Assembly (NCBI GenBank): GCA_963664705.1
Contig: OY761556.1
Span: forward strand, 5,504,001-5,568,000
Source: Acidobacteriota bacterium
Lineage (GTDB): Bacteria > Acidobacteriota > UBA6911
DNA length: 64,000 bases
Direction of reading: 5' to 3'
Each line of letters opens with the position of its first letter. Positions within the stretch are counted from its first letter, which is position 1. A program made the translations under genes and the position numbers. Of this stretch, positions 51,393 to 61,146 are shown piece by piece. The notes under the pieces were generated by a model. It had not been told where the DNA came from. It worked only from the letters and a program-made list of their open reading frames with translations, and did no database searches.

Positions 51393-52736
51393 ATGATGAA
51401 AGATCATCGACTGGGATTGTTTTCAGGAATGGGCATGGTCATTGCCAACATGATTGGCGCAGGGGTGTTTCTGAGCACAGGCTTTATGGCCCAGGATCTT
51501 ACCCCAAAGCTGATCCTACTGGCATGGGCTATTGGAGCATTCCTCGCCCTTGCAGGAGCAAGAGCGTATGCCGAGATTGCACAAACGGTTCCGCAGTCAG
51601 GAGGAGAGTATCGCTATCTGTCCACGCTGATTCATCCCGCGCTTGGATATCTTGCGGGCTGGGCGTCGCTTTTGCTGGGCTTTTCGGCGCCAATCGCCAT
51701 CGATGCTTTTGCGGCGGGCGCGTTTGCCAACACCATCAACCATTCTCTTAATCCCAAATTTTTTGCCGCCCTCATTATTATACTGGTGACGGCGATGCAC
51801 GCCATCGGGCTGCGGTTCTCCGTTGCTGCGCAAAATCTGCTGGTTATCATCAAGATCCTTCTGGTTGTTGGGTTTGTTGGCGCCGGGATTTGGGGCGGTC
51901 ACAATGTATGGCCTGCATGGCAGCCGCCAAACCAGCCATCCGGATTTCCCTTAGGCCCATTCATGCAGAATCTCTTTTACATTGCGTTCGCATTCAGCGG
52001 ATGGAACGCCGCCGTCTATGCCGCATCCGAATTCAAGAATCCCCAACGCGATGTTCCACGGGCAATGCTCCTGGGTTGCGGACTGGTAGGAATTCTCTAC
52101 CTGTTCGTGAATTGGGTTTTCGTTGCGAACCTGACGCCGGAGCAGTGCACCGTCGTTTTTACCTATGAAACCGCCCGCGTTACCTTGGGGCATCTGATCA
52201 TGAAGACGATTGTGGGGAATGTCGGGGCCGCTTGCATGTCGATACTGGCCATCATCGCATTCATCTCCGCTGTTAGTGCCATGACATTCCTTGGCCCGCG
52301 CGTTTACTCGGCGATGGCAAGAGACGGATTTCTGCCGAAAGTTCTTCAGGGCAAGGAAGGGAAGCCTCCTATTGGCGCTGTCATCCTTCAGGGTGCTATC
52401 GCCATGTTCCTGGTCTTTGCTTACCAATTGCAGCAAATTCTCAATAATGTCGGTGCAATTCTTACACTTTTTTCCGCTTTGACGGTGTTCTCCCTTTTCT
52501 GGATTCGCTTAAAGAGAAAAGACCTTCCGCGTCCGAGAGCCGCTTCCCTGATAGCAGGACTGTTTTATCTGCTGCTTTCCGGCGTGATGCTTTATTTTGG
52601 TTTTAAGCAATCACCCGATCTGAACCTTTGGGTCGGGGCAAGCATTCTGATGGCTCTCATCGGATACTTCATCACGAAGAAACGTGTGGAGATTCGCAAT
52701 GGGCGCACTCCCGTCCAGGAGGAAGCAGCGCCGTAG
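51393..52736 (+). CDS. APC-family amino acid permease
   Basis: IGAGVF, SGGEYRYL, FAFSGWN, EFKNPQR. Confidence 0.92.
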   Translation: MMKDHRLGLFSGMGMVIANMIGAGVFLSTGFMAQDLTPKLILLAWAIGAFLALAGARAYAEIAQTVPQSGGEYRYLSTLIHPALGYLAGWASLLLGFSAPIAIDAFAAGAFANTINHSLNPKFFAALIIILVTAMHAIGLRFSVAAQNLLVIIKILLVVGFVGAGIWGGHNVWPAWQPPNQPSGFPLGPFMQNLFYIAFAFSGWNAAVYAASEFKNPQRDVPRAMLLGCGLVGILYLFVNWVFVANLTPEQCTVVFTYETARVTLGHLIMKTIVGNVGAACMSILAIIAFISAVSAMTFLGPRVYSAMARDGFLPKVLQGKEGKPPIGAVILQGAIAMFLVFAYQLQQILNNVGAILTLFSALTVFSLFWIRLKRKDLPRPRAASLIAGLFYLLLSGVMLYFGFKQSPDLNLWVGASILMALIGYFITKKRVEIRNGRTPVQEEAAP

Positions 52737-52898
52737 GATCGGAACCTTGGTGCTCTCTGTTTGACTTGGAAAGAAATCCGTGGGTGGGCGGGCGGAAGTC
52801 CTCTCGATCCATTTGTTTGAACTTTCCCCGCCCTTGGCCTATCATATAGAGCCTGAGGGACCGCCAGGAAGACGGCCCCCCAAATTTCAGGAGGTGCA

Positions 52899-53813
52899 AT
52901 GAGCACATTTAACCCAAACCAGCAAAAGCCTGCTGTTCAGGAAAAGCCCCTTATCCCTGAGGCAGTCAAGCTTGTCCTTATTGTTGTTCTGCTTCTGGCA
53001 GTTGTATACCTTTTCTATGATGCGTCCCAGCAGAAGAAAGCCACCCAGGCTCAGCTGGCGAAGATCAGTGACCAGATTCAGACTCTCGAGAGCACGCGCA
53101 AGATGGGGGAAGCGTCTCTTACAAGCCAGATTACTAATTTGAAGACAGACATTGCCGGCACGCAGGAGGCAGTGGGAACTACCAAGGCAGAAATATCGAA
53201 GACCGCTGCTCGCATCACGGCAGAGGGACAAAAGACCAAAAGCGAACTATCTCAGGCCATAGCCACCAAGGCGGATACCTCCCAGGTAGATGCCAAGGTT
53301 CAAGCCGCAAAAACTGAAGCCGAAAATAAAATCGGCCAGGTCAATACCGAGGTAGGCGGAGTTAAAACCCAGGTTACCCAGGTCAAAACAGACTTGGAAA
53401 GCACTCGTCGAGACCTGGAAGGAACACAGCGCCAGTTGGTCGACGTGCGCGACACATTGAGTGCCGCCGTTGCCAAGAATTCATCAGAGCTTTCCCAACT
53501 GCGGTTGAAGGGTGAACGTGATTATTTCGAGTTCACGCTTCCCAAAAAGAATGAGCCTACCAAGGTTGAGGATATCCGCCTGGTCCTGACGAACGCGGAT
53601 CAGAAGAAGGGAAAGGTCAGCATCAAGATTCTGGTGGATGACAGCGCTCTTGAGAAGAAAGATCGCAGCATCAACGAGCCAATCCAGTTCCTGGTGGGAC
53701 AGCATCGTATCCGATATGAAGTTGTCATTAACTGGGTCCAGAAGAATAAAGCCGGGGGATATCTCAGCATTCCTAAAGACAAAGCCCTTTCGGCCGAACG
53801 CTCGGGCAAGTAG
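52899..53813 (+). CDS. Membrane-anchored coiled-coil protein with C-terminal beta domain
   Basis: One TM, long heptad region, GERDYFEFTL...EKKDRSINEPIQF; SD aggagg. Confidence 0.75.
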   Translation: MSTFNPNQQKPAVQEKPLIPEAVKLVLIVVLLLAVVYLFYDASQQKKATQAQLAKISDQIQTLESTRKMGEASLTSQITNLKTDIAGTQEAVGTTKAEISKTAARITAEGQKTKSELSQAIATKADTSQVDAKVQAAKTEAENKIGQVNTEVGGVKTQVTQVKTDLESTRRDLEGTQRQLVDVRDTLSAAVAKNSSELSQLRLKGERDYFEFTLPKKNEPTKVEDIRLVLTNADQKKGKVSIKILVDDSALEKKDRSINEPIQFLVGQHRIRYEVVINWVQKNKAGGYLSIPKDKALSAERSGK

Positions 53814-53843
53814 GATAAAGATTTTCGCAATTTGAAATGAAAG

Positions 53844-53889
53844 CGCCACGGATTTCACTAATTTCGTGAAATTCGTGGCGTTTTTTGTT
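53844..53889 (+). terminator. Intrinsic terminator formed by a 9-mer-type palindrome
   Basis: cgccacggatttcac-taatttc-gtgaaattcgtggcg followed by ttttttgtt. Confidence 0.7.
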
Positions 53890-53913
53890 ATGCATGATGC
53901 TCCAAAAGTACAC

Positions 53914-56900
53914 ATGAGCAAAGACGCCCGATTTGTCCTGATCTGTCTGCTGATTTGTGCTGTCAGCCTTTTCATCGGAGCCTCCTGGTTTTACCGCGCC
54001 TTTCCGGAAGCTTCGATTGATTTCAAGGTCGACAGGCTTTCCTCCCAACCGCTCGCCGAGAAGTTTCTGGCTTCCCAGGGAATGGATACGGCCGGATATC
54101 TCCATGCCTCCTCGTTCCAGTATGACAATGCGTCGAAGGTTTTCCTCGAACGCGAGCTGGGGCTGAAGCAGGCCAACCTCCTGATGGGAAAGGATGTGAA
54201 ACTCTGGCGCTGGGGCCATCGCTGGTTCAAGCCGAAACAGAAGGAGGAGTTTCGTGCCGAAATCACCACCTCCGGCCAGATTGCCTCCTTTGCACATATC
54301 CTTCCTGAGGATGCTTCCGGCCTGGAGTTGACGCCCGATGCGGCCCGCTCTCTTGCCGAGTCCTTCCTGGTCCTCGAAATAGGAATTCCCGCCGACGAGC
54401 TTGAATATCTCGATGTCCATTCCGAAAAGTTGGCTCGCCGCACGGATCACATCCTTACCTGGAAGATTGCGGGCATAGCTTTGAAACAGGGAAGCTACCG
54501 CGTCAGCGTCACCGTTCAAGGAGATCAAATCGGCGCCTACCGGGAATATGTCAAAATTCCGGAGGAATGGGCTCGCAGTTATGCGCGCCTGCGATCATTG
54601 AATGAGTCTGCCAGCCAGTTCGATCTCACCTTCATGGCGCTCCTGGCCGTAGGCCTGGTCATTACTTTCGGGAAGCAGGTGCAGATCGGAAATATCCGTT
54701 GGAAGACCGCGCTCGGGTTTGGTCTCATTTGCCTGGTTCTGCAGTTCCTCTCATCATTGAATGAGTTTCCGGTTGCGCAATATGGATTCGATACGGCTTC
54801 TACCTACAGCTCCTTTGTCAGCCGACAGGTTTTGGTCGCATTCCTGAATGCTCTCGTTTACGCGGCTGCCATTTTCGGATTGACCGCCGGGGCGGAGCCG
54901 GTTTATCGCAGATTTTTTCCCGGTCAATTGTCTATCTCGAGGATGTTTTCCTGGCAGGCTATTCGCACACGAAGCTTCCTGCGCGGCTCGCTTGCCGGAA
55001 TAACTTTGACGTTTTTCTTTTTCGCCTATGAGATCGGCTTTTACCTGCTCGCCAATAGGTTCGGAGCATGGGCACCTGCGGATGTGCCGTATTCCGATCT
55101 TCTGAATACTCGGTTTCCCTGGGTTTTCGTTCTGCTCGGGGGCTTTTTCCCGGCAGTTTCCGAGGAGTGGATGTTCCGCGTATTCTCCGTTCCATTCCTG
55201 CAAAATCTGCTGCGCCGCCGCTGGCTTGCTGTGCTCCTGGCTTCATTTGTTTGGGGATTCGGTCATGCCAACTACCCGAATCAGCCTTTTTTCATCCGCG
55301 GCATCGAAGTTGGCATCGTTGGGCTGATATTGAGTTGGGCGATGTTCCGATTCGGGATACTGGCTCCCCTGATTGCCCATTACAGCATTGATGCCTTTTA
55401 TGCTGCCTTTCTGCTGCTGCGATCCGGGAATGCCTATCTGGTTACATCCGGTGCGATAACGGCCGGCATCAACCTGCTGCCCCTTCTGATTGCTGTCGGA
55501 GCCTATGCGTGGACCCGGAAATTCCGCGACGAGGCTGCCGTCTTGAATGGGTCGGATCAAGAAGCTCTCCCCATGTCCTCGGAGAAGAGGGAGGAAACGA
55601 CGCCTGTTCCGTTCTACCATCATCTGAGCCGCGCACGCATTATTCCGGCAATAGCGCTCCTGGTGGTAGGCGTAATCCTGATTGCATTCCGCGCCCCCCG
55701 TTTTGCAAACGGCGTCTGCTTCCGGATTCCCGCGTCCCAGGCCGTGCATTCAGCCAGATCCTTTCTTTCCAAAACCGGCTTCAAAATCGAGGGCTATGAG
55801 ACGGCTGCACTGCCGACAACGCGCATGGATTCCGCTCAATCCCAGTATTTGTATTCGCAGCGCGGAATCATGGGACTCAACTCCATTTACAATACACAGA
55901 TCGTGCCGATGGTGTGGCAGACGCGCTTTTATAGGCCCCTCCAGCGCGAAGAATACCGGGTCATGATTAATCCCGCGGATGGAGAGGTCGCGGCTTTTGA
56001 TCACTTTATTTCAGAGGAAGATCCGGGAGCGAATCTCCCCGTGAATAAGGCACAGCAGATTGCCGGGTCGTTCCTTTCGGCCCAGGGGTACGACCTTTCC
56101 CGCTATCGGCTGAAAGAAACGGCTTCGGACTATCACCCCCACCGAAGAGATACGGCGTTTGTCTGGGAAGCGCGCGACCAGACGTCCGGCGCGGTTGCGG
56201 ATGCAAGAGTTCGGCTCGAGGCCGCCGTCTATGGCGATAAGCCCGGTTCCTGGAATCAGTTTCTCAAAATACCCGAGGAATGGAGACGAGCGCGGCAGGG
56301 CAAGACCACACTCAGCACGGTTGTATTGGCCGTTCGTATCGTTTTTATTTTTTCCATGGTCATACTGGCGACCGGCTGCCTCGTGAAAGGGGTGCGCACC
56401 GGATGGGTGCGCTGGCGAATCGCCGGCAGAATAGCCGCTGCCGCGATGGCGCTGGAACTCCTCAATACTCTGAATGAATGGCCCGCACTCCGATTTCAAT
56501 ATGATACCCAGATGGATGCGATCGTGTATTTTGCCACCGCGCTGGCGCAGGAAGCCTTGTTGTTGATTGGCATTGGCCTGGCGGCAGCCATCGCTTCAGC
56601 GCTTGTGATGGCCTGCTATCCCGCGGCCCCAATCACATTGCAGAAGGCTGGAAGGGTTGCCTGGGGCCGGGATGTTGCCATTTGCGTTGCAGCGACTCTG
56701 GGCGGATATTTCTCTCTGCAATGGCTGGTATCCTGGATGCAGTATCACCTCTATCCCTTTATGGCTGCGCCGTCTATATCGATTCCCGCAGGATTAGGGG
56801 CCTATGTTCCTGCAATATCCGCATTGCGGACGGTTGCACTGAGCGCACTGTTTTTCAGTACGGTCGTGGCATTTGCCATCAGTGTGTGGACACGGCTCAG

Positions 56901-57237
56901 AGGACACCTGTTCTGGAGATCGATCTTGCTGGTCGCGATGATCGTTAGCCTGGTTCCGACATCCGCCCGCGGATTCCAGGAGGCGGCCGCCCAGGCAATT
57001 CCCTCACTGCTGCTTGTGACGATTACCTGTTTCATGGCCGCCGTCTTCCTCCGAGGCAATTGCCTGGCGTACCCGGCATGCGCAGCAGCTGTTTCGCTTG
57101 CGATGATTTCTCTCACGAGCCTGAACCGCGGGAACCTCCATCTGATTCTTCAAAACGGACTCTTGTGGATCCTGATGTTTGCAGGCCTGGCTCTTTTAGG
57201 GATGCACTCCGGTCAAAAAGCTCGAAAGACTCTCTGA
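53914..57237 (+). CDS. Large CPBP/Abi (CAAX-like) intramembrane protease with duplicated extracytoplasmic module
   Basis: EEWMFR, WGFGH, AHYSID; two homologous halves (...KIPEEW... occurs twice). Confidence 0.85.
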   Translation: MSKDARFVLICLLICAVSLFIGASWFYRAFPEASIDFKVDRLSSQPLAEKFLASQGMDTAGYLHASSFQYDNASKVFLERELGLKQANLLMGKDVKLWRWGHRWFKPKQKEEFRAEITTSGQIASFAHILPEDASGLELTPDAARSLAESFLVLEIGIPADELEYLDVHSEKLARRTDHILTWKIAGIALKQGSYRVSVTVQGDQIGAYREYVKIPEEWARSYARLRSLNESASQFDLTFMALLAVGLVITFGKQVQIGNIRWKTALGFGLICLVLQFLSSLNEFPVAQYGFDTASTYSSFVSRQVLVAFLNALVYAAAIFGLTAGAEPVYRRFFPGQLSISRMFSWQAIRTRSFLRGSLAGITLTFFFFAYEIGFYLLANRFGAWAPADVPYSDLLNTRFPWVFVLLGGFFPAVSEEWMFRVFSVPFLQNLLRRRWLAVLLASFVWGFGHANYPNQPFFIRGIEVGIVGLILSWAMFRFGILAPLIAHYSIDAFYAAFLLLRSGNAYLVTSGAITAGINLLPLLIAVGAYAWTRKFRDEAAVLNGSDQEALPMSSEKREETTPVPFYHHLSRARIIPAIALLVVGVILIAFRAPRFANGVCFRIPASQAVHSARSFLSKTGFKIEGYETAALPTTRMDSAQSQYLYSQRGIMGLNSIYNTQIVPMVWQTRFYRPLQREEYRVMINPADGEVAAFDHFISEEDPGANLPVNKAQQIAGSFLSAQGYDLSRYRLKETASDYHPHRRDTAFVWEARDQTSGAVADARVRLEAAVYGDKPGSWNQFLKIPEEWRRARQGKTTLSTVVLAVRIVFIFSMVILATGCLVKGVRTGWVRWRIAGRIAAAAMALELLNTLNEWPALRFQYDTQMDAIVYFATALAQEALLLIGIGLAAAIASALVMACYPAAPITLQKAGRVAWGRDVAICVAATLGGYFSLQWLVSWMQYHLYPFMAAPSISIPAGLGAYVPAISALRTVALSALFFSTVVAFAISVWTRLRGHLFWRSILLVAMIVSLVPTSARGFQEAAAQAIPSLLLVTITCFMAAVFLRGNCLAYPACAAAVSLAMISLTSLNRGNLHLILQNGLLWILMFAGLALLGMHSGQKARKTL

Positions 57238-57257
57238 GAGTCGAGGCGCGACTGAAA

Positions 57258-58970
57258 ATGATTCGAAGAAACTTCGCCGGCTTCGTCATCCTCGCCGCGT
57301 ACCTGTTGTGTATTTTTGTCGCCAACCCGTCCGGCGAATTCCCGTTAAATGATGATTGGAGTTATACGCGATCCGCATTTGCTCTCGGTGCCGGGCAGGG
57401 GCTCAAGATAGATCCATGGTCGGCTCCAAGCCTGGTGGGACAGGTTCTTTATGGGGGATTGCTCACAAAGCTCTTCTCGCAGCGCTTCCTTGTATTGCGC
57501 GCATCAACGCTCGCGCTTTCCTGCTGCACGGCTCTTCTCTTGTGGGCGATTTTCCGGAGGGCCGGATTCGGACGGAGATTCGCCTCGCTCTTTCTCCTTT
57601 GCTGGATTTTTAATCCATTCCAGTTCAGCCTGTCCTTTACCTACATGACGGAGATCCCGTTTCTATTCTTTATTGCCCTTGCGCTGTATCTGTACACGAT
57701 CCATCTGGATACCGGGAATCCCTACTGGCTTCTGCTGAGCACTGCTGCGTTGGGCTATGCGTTTCTGATCCGGCAGACCGCGCTGTTTTTTATACTGGGG
57801 CTGTTCTGCAGTCTGCTGCTGGACCGGAATAAGACGATCTGGGTCCGGGTGCGCCAGGCTGTGCCGCTTGTCCTTACCGCCGGAATATTCATCCTGGGTT
57901 ATGCCGTTGGGTCCCACTCCAGTGTCGGAGCGACCGTGGCAGTACAAAGGAAATTTGATCTTCTGGGGCATCTTCGGATCCGGCAATTTCTGGGCAACAG
58001 CTATGGCATGCTGTTTTATCTTGCCTTTATGCTGCTCCCGATCTGGATTTTACTGGTTCCGCATCTCCGACACATGATGGGTGGTCTTGCCCGCATACAA
58101 AGAATGGCAATTCCTGCCGTCAGCTGCGTGATTGTCGCCACCGGGCTCTGGTGGTTCCACGCAAGCTATAAACCGGCCGAATACATTCCGGCAACAAGCT
58201 ATCACGCAAGAATGCCATTTCTGCTGAACGTGTTGTACGACACCGGATTGGGACCACTCACCCTGGATCCTGACTATTTTGCTTCTCCGCCCATGCCCTC
58301 TTATCCCTGGTTGTGGTACGGGATCACCGGATTGGTTGCCGCAGGAGCCATCGCGTTTTTGATGTTCGCTTTTTTCGCCATTTTCAAAATGCGCGCAAGA
58401 AGATCTTCCCGGCAGGGGTGGCCGCTCTTCGTGTTTGCCGGAATATCCTTTCTTCTTCTGATGCCCTTTGAAATTGTATTCAGTCATCTCCAGGAGGGAG
58501 GACTCTTCGACCGGCACATCCTCATTGTCGCATTTCCGCTGATGCTGATCGCAGGTCTAGTCTCCGCTGCGGAGGCAACCACGGAAGACCGCAGCAGGAA
58601 GATATATGCCGGAACATGGGCCGCGATTGTATTGCTGGGTGTATTCTCTGTAGCGGCAACGCACGATTATATGCAATGGAACCGCATCCGCTGGCAGATG
58701 GGGCGGCAGCTCCTCCGCCAGGGCATTGATCCGCTTTCCATTGTAGGCGGATTCGAATTCAACGCCTGGAACAACTATGATACCTATGTGGCCAGGGGGC
58801 GCACCGCCCAGGTCAGCCACTGGTGGTATGATCGGCGGGACTACATTATTACTATGATTCCGATGGACGGGTATGAGATCCGGCAGACCCAATCCTTTTA
58901 CTCATGGGTGCATCGGCGCCCGATCGCAATTTATCTGATTGCAGATTCAAAACTCGCGACCTCGCCTTGA
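57258..58970 (+). CDS. GT-C (family 39/ArnT/PMT-like) glycosyltransferase
   Basis: PLNDDWSY in the first loop, TYMTEIPF, LIRQ; many TMs. Confidence 0.8.
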   Translation: MIRRNFAGFVILAAYLLCIFVANPSGEFPLNDDWSYTRSAFALGAGQGLKIDPWSAPSLVGQVLYGGLLTKLFSQRFLVLRASTLALSCCTALLLWAIFRRAGFGRRFASLFLLCWIFNPFQFSLSFTYMTEIPFLFFIALALYLYTIHLDTGNPYWLLLSTAALGYAFLIRQTALFFILGLFCSLLLDRNKTIWVRVRQAVPLVLTAGIFILGYAVGSHSSVGATVAVQRKFDLLGHLRIRQFLGNSYGMLFYLAFMLLPIWILLVPHLRHMMGGLARIQRMAIPAVSCVIVATGLWWFHASYKPAEYIPATSYHARMPFLLNVLYDTGLGPLTLDPDYFASPPMPSYPWLWYGITGLVAAGAIAFLMFAFFAIFKMRARRSSRQGWPLFVFAGISFLLLMPFEIVFSHLQEGGLFDRHILIVAFPLMLIAGLVSAAEATTEDRSRKIYAGTWAAIVLLGVFSVAATHDYMQWNRIRWQMGRQLLRQGIDPLSIVGGFEFNAWNNYDTYVARGRTAQVSHWWYDRRDYIITMIPMDGYEIRQTQSFYSWVHRRPIAIYLIADSKLATSP

Positions 58971-59017
58971 TCGGAGATCATGAATCCTGATCTGCAATCC
59001 GGCCTCCGAGTCTGACC

Positions 59018-60985
59018 TCAAGCTTTCGCCATATCGCGCATGAACATCAGAAACAACTGCACATCCTTGAACAAATTCAGCGCTACTTTGCCGGGCCGGA
59101 AAAGGAACGATCGCGGGCGCCGCGTCCGTCTCCAGAACACCTGCAGATCGGCGCGGGTATAGGTGAGACGCTTGGCCATTCGAAAATTGAAGTCGCTGAA
59201 CGCGAGTGAAATCTTGGAGGGGACGCGCAGTTCCGGCGAATAGATATGGGCGCGAATATGCGCCATCTGCAATTCCGCCGCATGAAGATTTCGATTCAAT
59301 TCCTTTCGCAGTCTCTTTATCTCCGCCACGAGCCTGATTTCGCCATCACTTCGTTTGCGCGTCTGCAGCCAGAGTTCTTCCATTTCCATCAGGAGCGCAA
59401 CCCAATTGCGCAGCAGGCTCCGGACTTCGCGATAACGCCGAATGGCGTGTTTCAGCCTCGATTCCGCGATGAATCCCGATCTCCTGTCCGTTCGATCCTT
59501 TAGCCGGAAGAAGCCGTGCAGCATGGGGTGTCCGTCCTCAATGAGCGCAGAGTTTTTGTACCAGATGAAGTTGAGGAAGATATTCCAGTAGTTTTCCGGA
59601 TTGGATCGCAGCAGAACATCCCTCATGTAGGCGAATGAGTAAAAATTCCGCCATGCCTCCCGGTAGGACGCGGCCAGTTCTCCGGGAGCAAAATTCGGAT
59701 GGCGGATGGTTTCATGAAAGGAATCGTAGTCATTCAGGTCCGCATGCATGGGTTTGCCGCTCTCTACCATGCGCACATGGTCGTGCGATCCCGGCAAAGG
59801 CGTCAGCATAAAGAAGGACGCCTGTTCCACGCCCAGTTCATCCTGAAGCCGCTTTACGTCCGCCCGTATCGATTCGGGCGTATCGAACGGAAAGCCGAAA
59901 ATATAGGCCACATGGGTTGCAATTTTTGCGTTGTGCCACGCGGCAACCAGATCTTTGTAATCCTGCACGTGGTTCTGCATTTTGCCGGCGGCCTTCAGGT
60001 TCTGTGGATTGATGCTTTCCATCCCGATGAATACCTGCGTACAGCCGGCGCGTGCCGCCGTGCTGATGAAGTCGGGTATCCTGTGTGATTGCGTGTCCAC
60101 CTGTATCATGAACTGAATCGGGATATGCTCTTCTTCCCGGAGCTTTACAAGCATTTCAAAAATCTCCGGCCAGCATCGGTTGCGCGCAAAATTATCATCG
60201 GTGAAGAAGTAAAAGTTGATGCGGTGAACGCGGTAATTCTCGCGGAGCGTATCCACCAGCATCTGTGGTGACCGGACGCGCATCTCCCGTCCCTGGACAT
60301 TGATGATCGTGCAGAAGCTGCAGTTGAATGGGCAGCCGCGGCTGCAGTCGATCGTGCCGAAATTCGTGGTGATGAATCGATGCAGGTATGCCTTGTCGAC
60401 AATCGGAATCGGCTTCATGTACAAATCCGGCTTGCGGTCGAGGAAGTCATAGACGGGCTGAAGGCGATCGTTGCAGGCATCGCGGAGAATCTCTCCCCAG
60501 GTTTCCTCGACCTCGCCCTTCACAACCGTTACCCCGATATCGATCAATGCCTGTATTTCCGGAGTGATCCCCTGTGCAAGCGCCAGGGTGCCGCTGACGT
60601 GAAACCCGCCGATCAGAACCTGCAATCCCCCGTCTCGAAACCGCTTTGCCAGATCAGCGGCGCGGGGAAATTGATTCGACTGCACGCCGGCCAGGGCTAT
60701 AATCGTCCGCTGCTTCGGCAACCGGTGTGATCGTATGATTTTTCTGACCGGAATTTTTTCGACCGTATCGTCGAACAGTGCCACTCGAAGCTGAATGTCC
60801 GGCCCGAGAAACTCACGTTCAGCGAGATCCCGCGTCAGGCTGGACAGGCAGGCAAGTGTGTTGCTTGGAAGCACTCCTCGAAAATGGCGCAGCACATAGC
60901 CATCGTCGTCATATTTGGAGGGTTTGATCAGAACAACCTGAACCTGCTTCCGCCTTGAAGAAGGTACTGCAGAATGTGCTCTCAC
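59018..60985 (-). CDS. Radical SAM protein with N-terminal B12-binding-like domain
   Basis: SRGCPFNCSFC, FFTDDNF, FIGMES, LIGGFHVSG. Confidence 0.88.
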   Translation of the reverse strand: MRAHSAVPSSRRKQVQVVLIKPSKYDDDGYVLRHFRGVLPSNTLACLSSLTRDLAEREFLGPDIQLRVALFDDTVEKIPVRKIIRSHRLPKQRTIIALAGVQSNQFPRAADLAKRFRDGGLQVLIGGFHVSGTLALAQGITPEIQALIDIGVTVVKGEVEETWGEILRDACNDRLQPVYDFLDRKPDLYMKPIPIVDKAYLHRFITTNFGTIDCSRGCPFNCSFCTIINVQGREMRVRSPQMLVDTLRENYRVHRINFYFFTDDNFARNRCWPEIFEMLVKLREEEHIPIQFMIQVDTQSHRIPDFISTAARAGCTQVFIGMESINPQNLKAAGKMQNHVQDYKDLVAAWHNAKIATHVAYIFGFPFDTPESIRADVKRLQDELGVEQASFFMLTPLPGSHDHVRMVESGKPMHADLNDYDSFHETIRHPNFAPGELAASYREAWRNFYSFAYMRDVLLRSNPENYWNIFLNFIWYKNSALIEDGHPMLHGFFRLKDRTDRRSGFIAESRLKHAIRRYREVRSLLRNWVALLMEMEELWLQTRKRSDGEIRLVAEIKRLRKELNRNLHAAELQMAHIRAHIYSPELRVPSKISLAFSDFNFRMAKRLTYTRADLQVFWRRTRRPRSFLFRPGKVALNLFKDVQLFLMFMRDMAKA

Positions 60986-61146
60986 GGTAGTTTACATCCT
61001 CAAACAAAAAACTAACTTGATCGTGGAGGATGTTAGAACCTGCAGAGCGCGCATTCAACCTCGCTGGGTTCCCTTTTACAGAGCTTTTACACTAAAATGT
61101 CTACCCGGGAACGCTGGCGTTCCCAGCAAATCTGTCGGGGGGCTTA

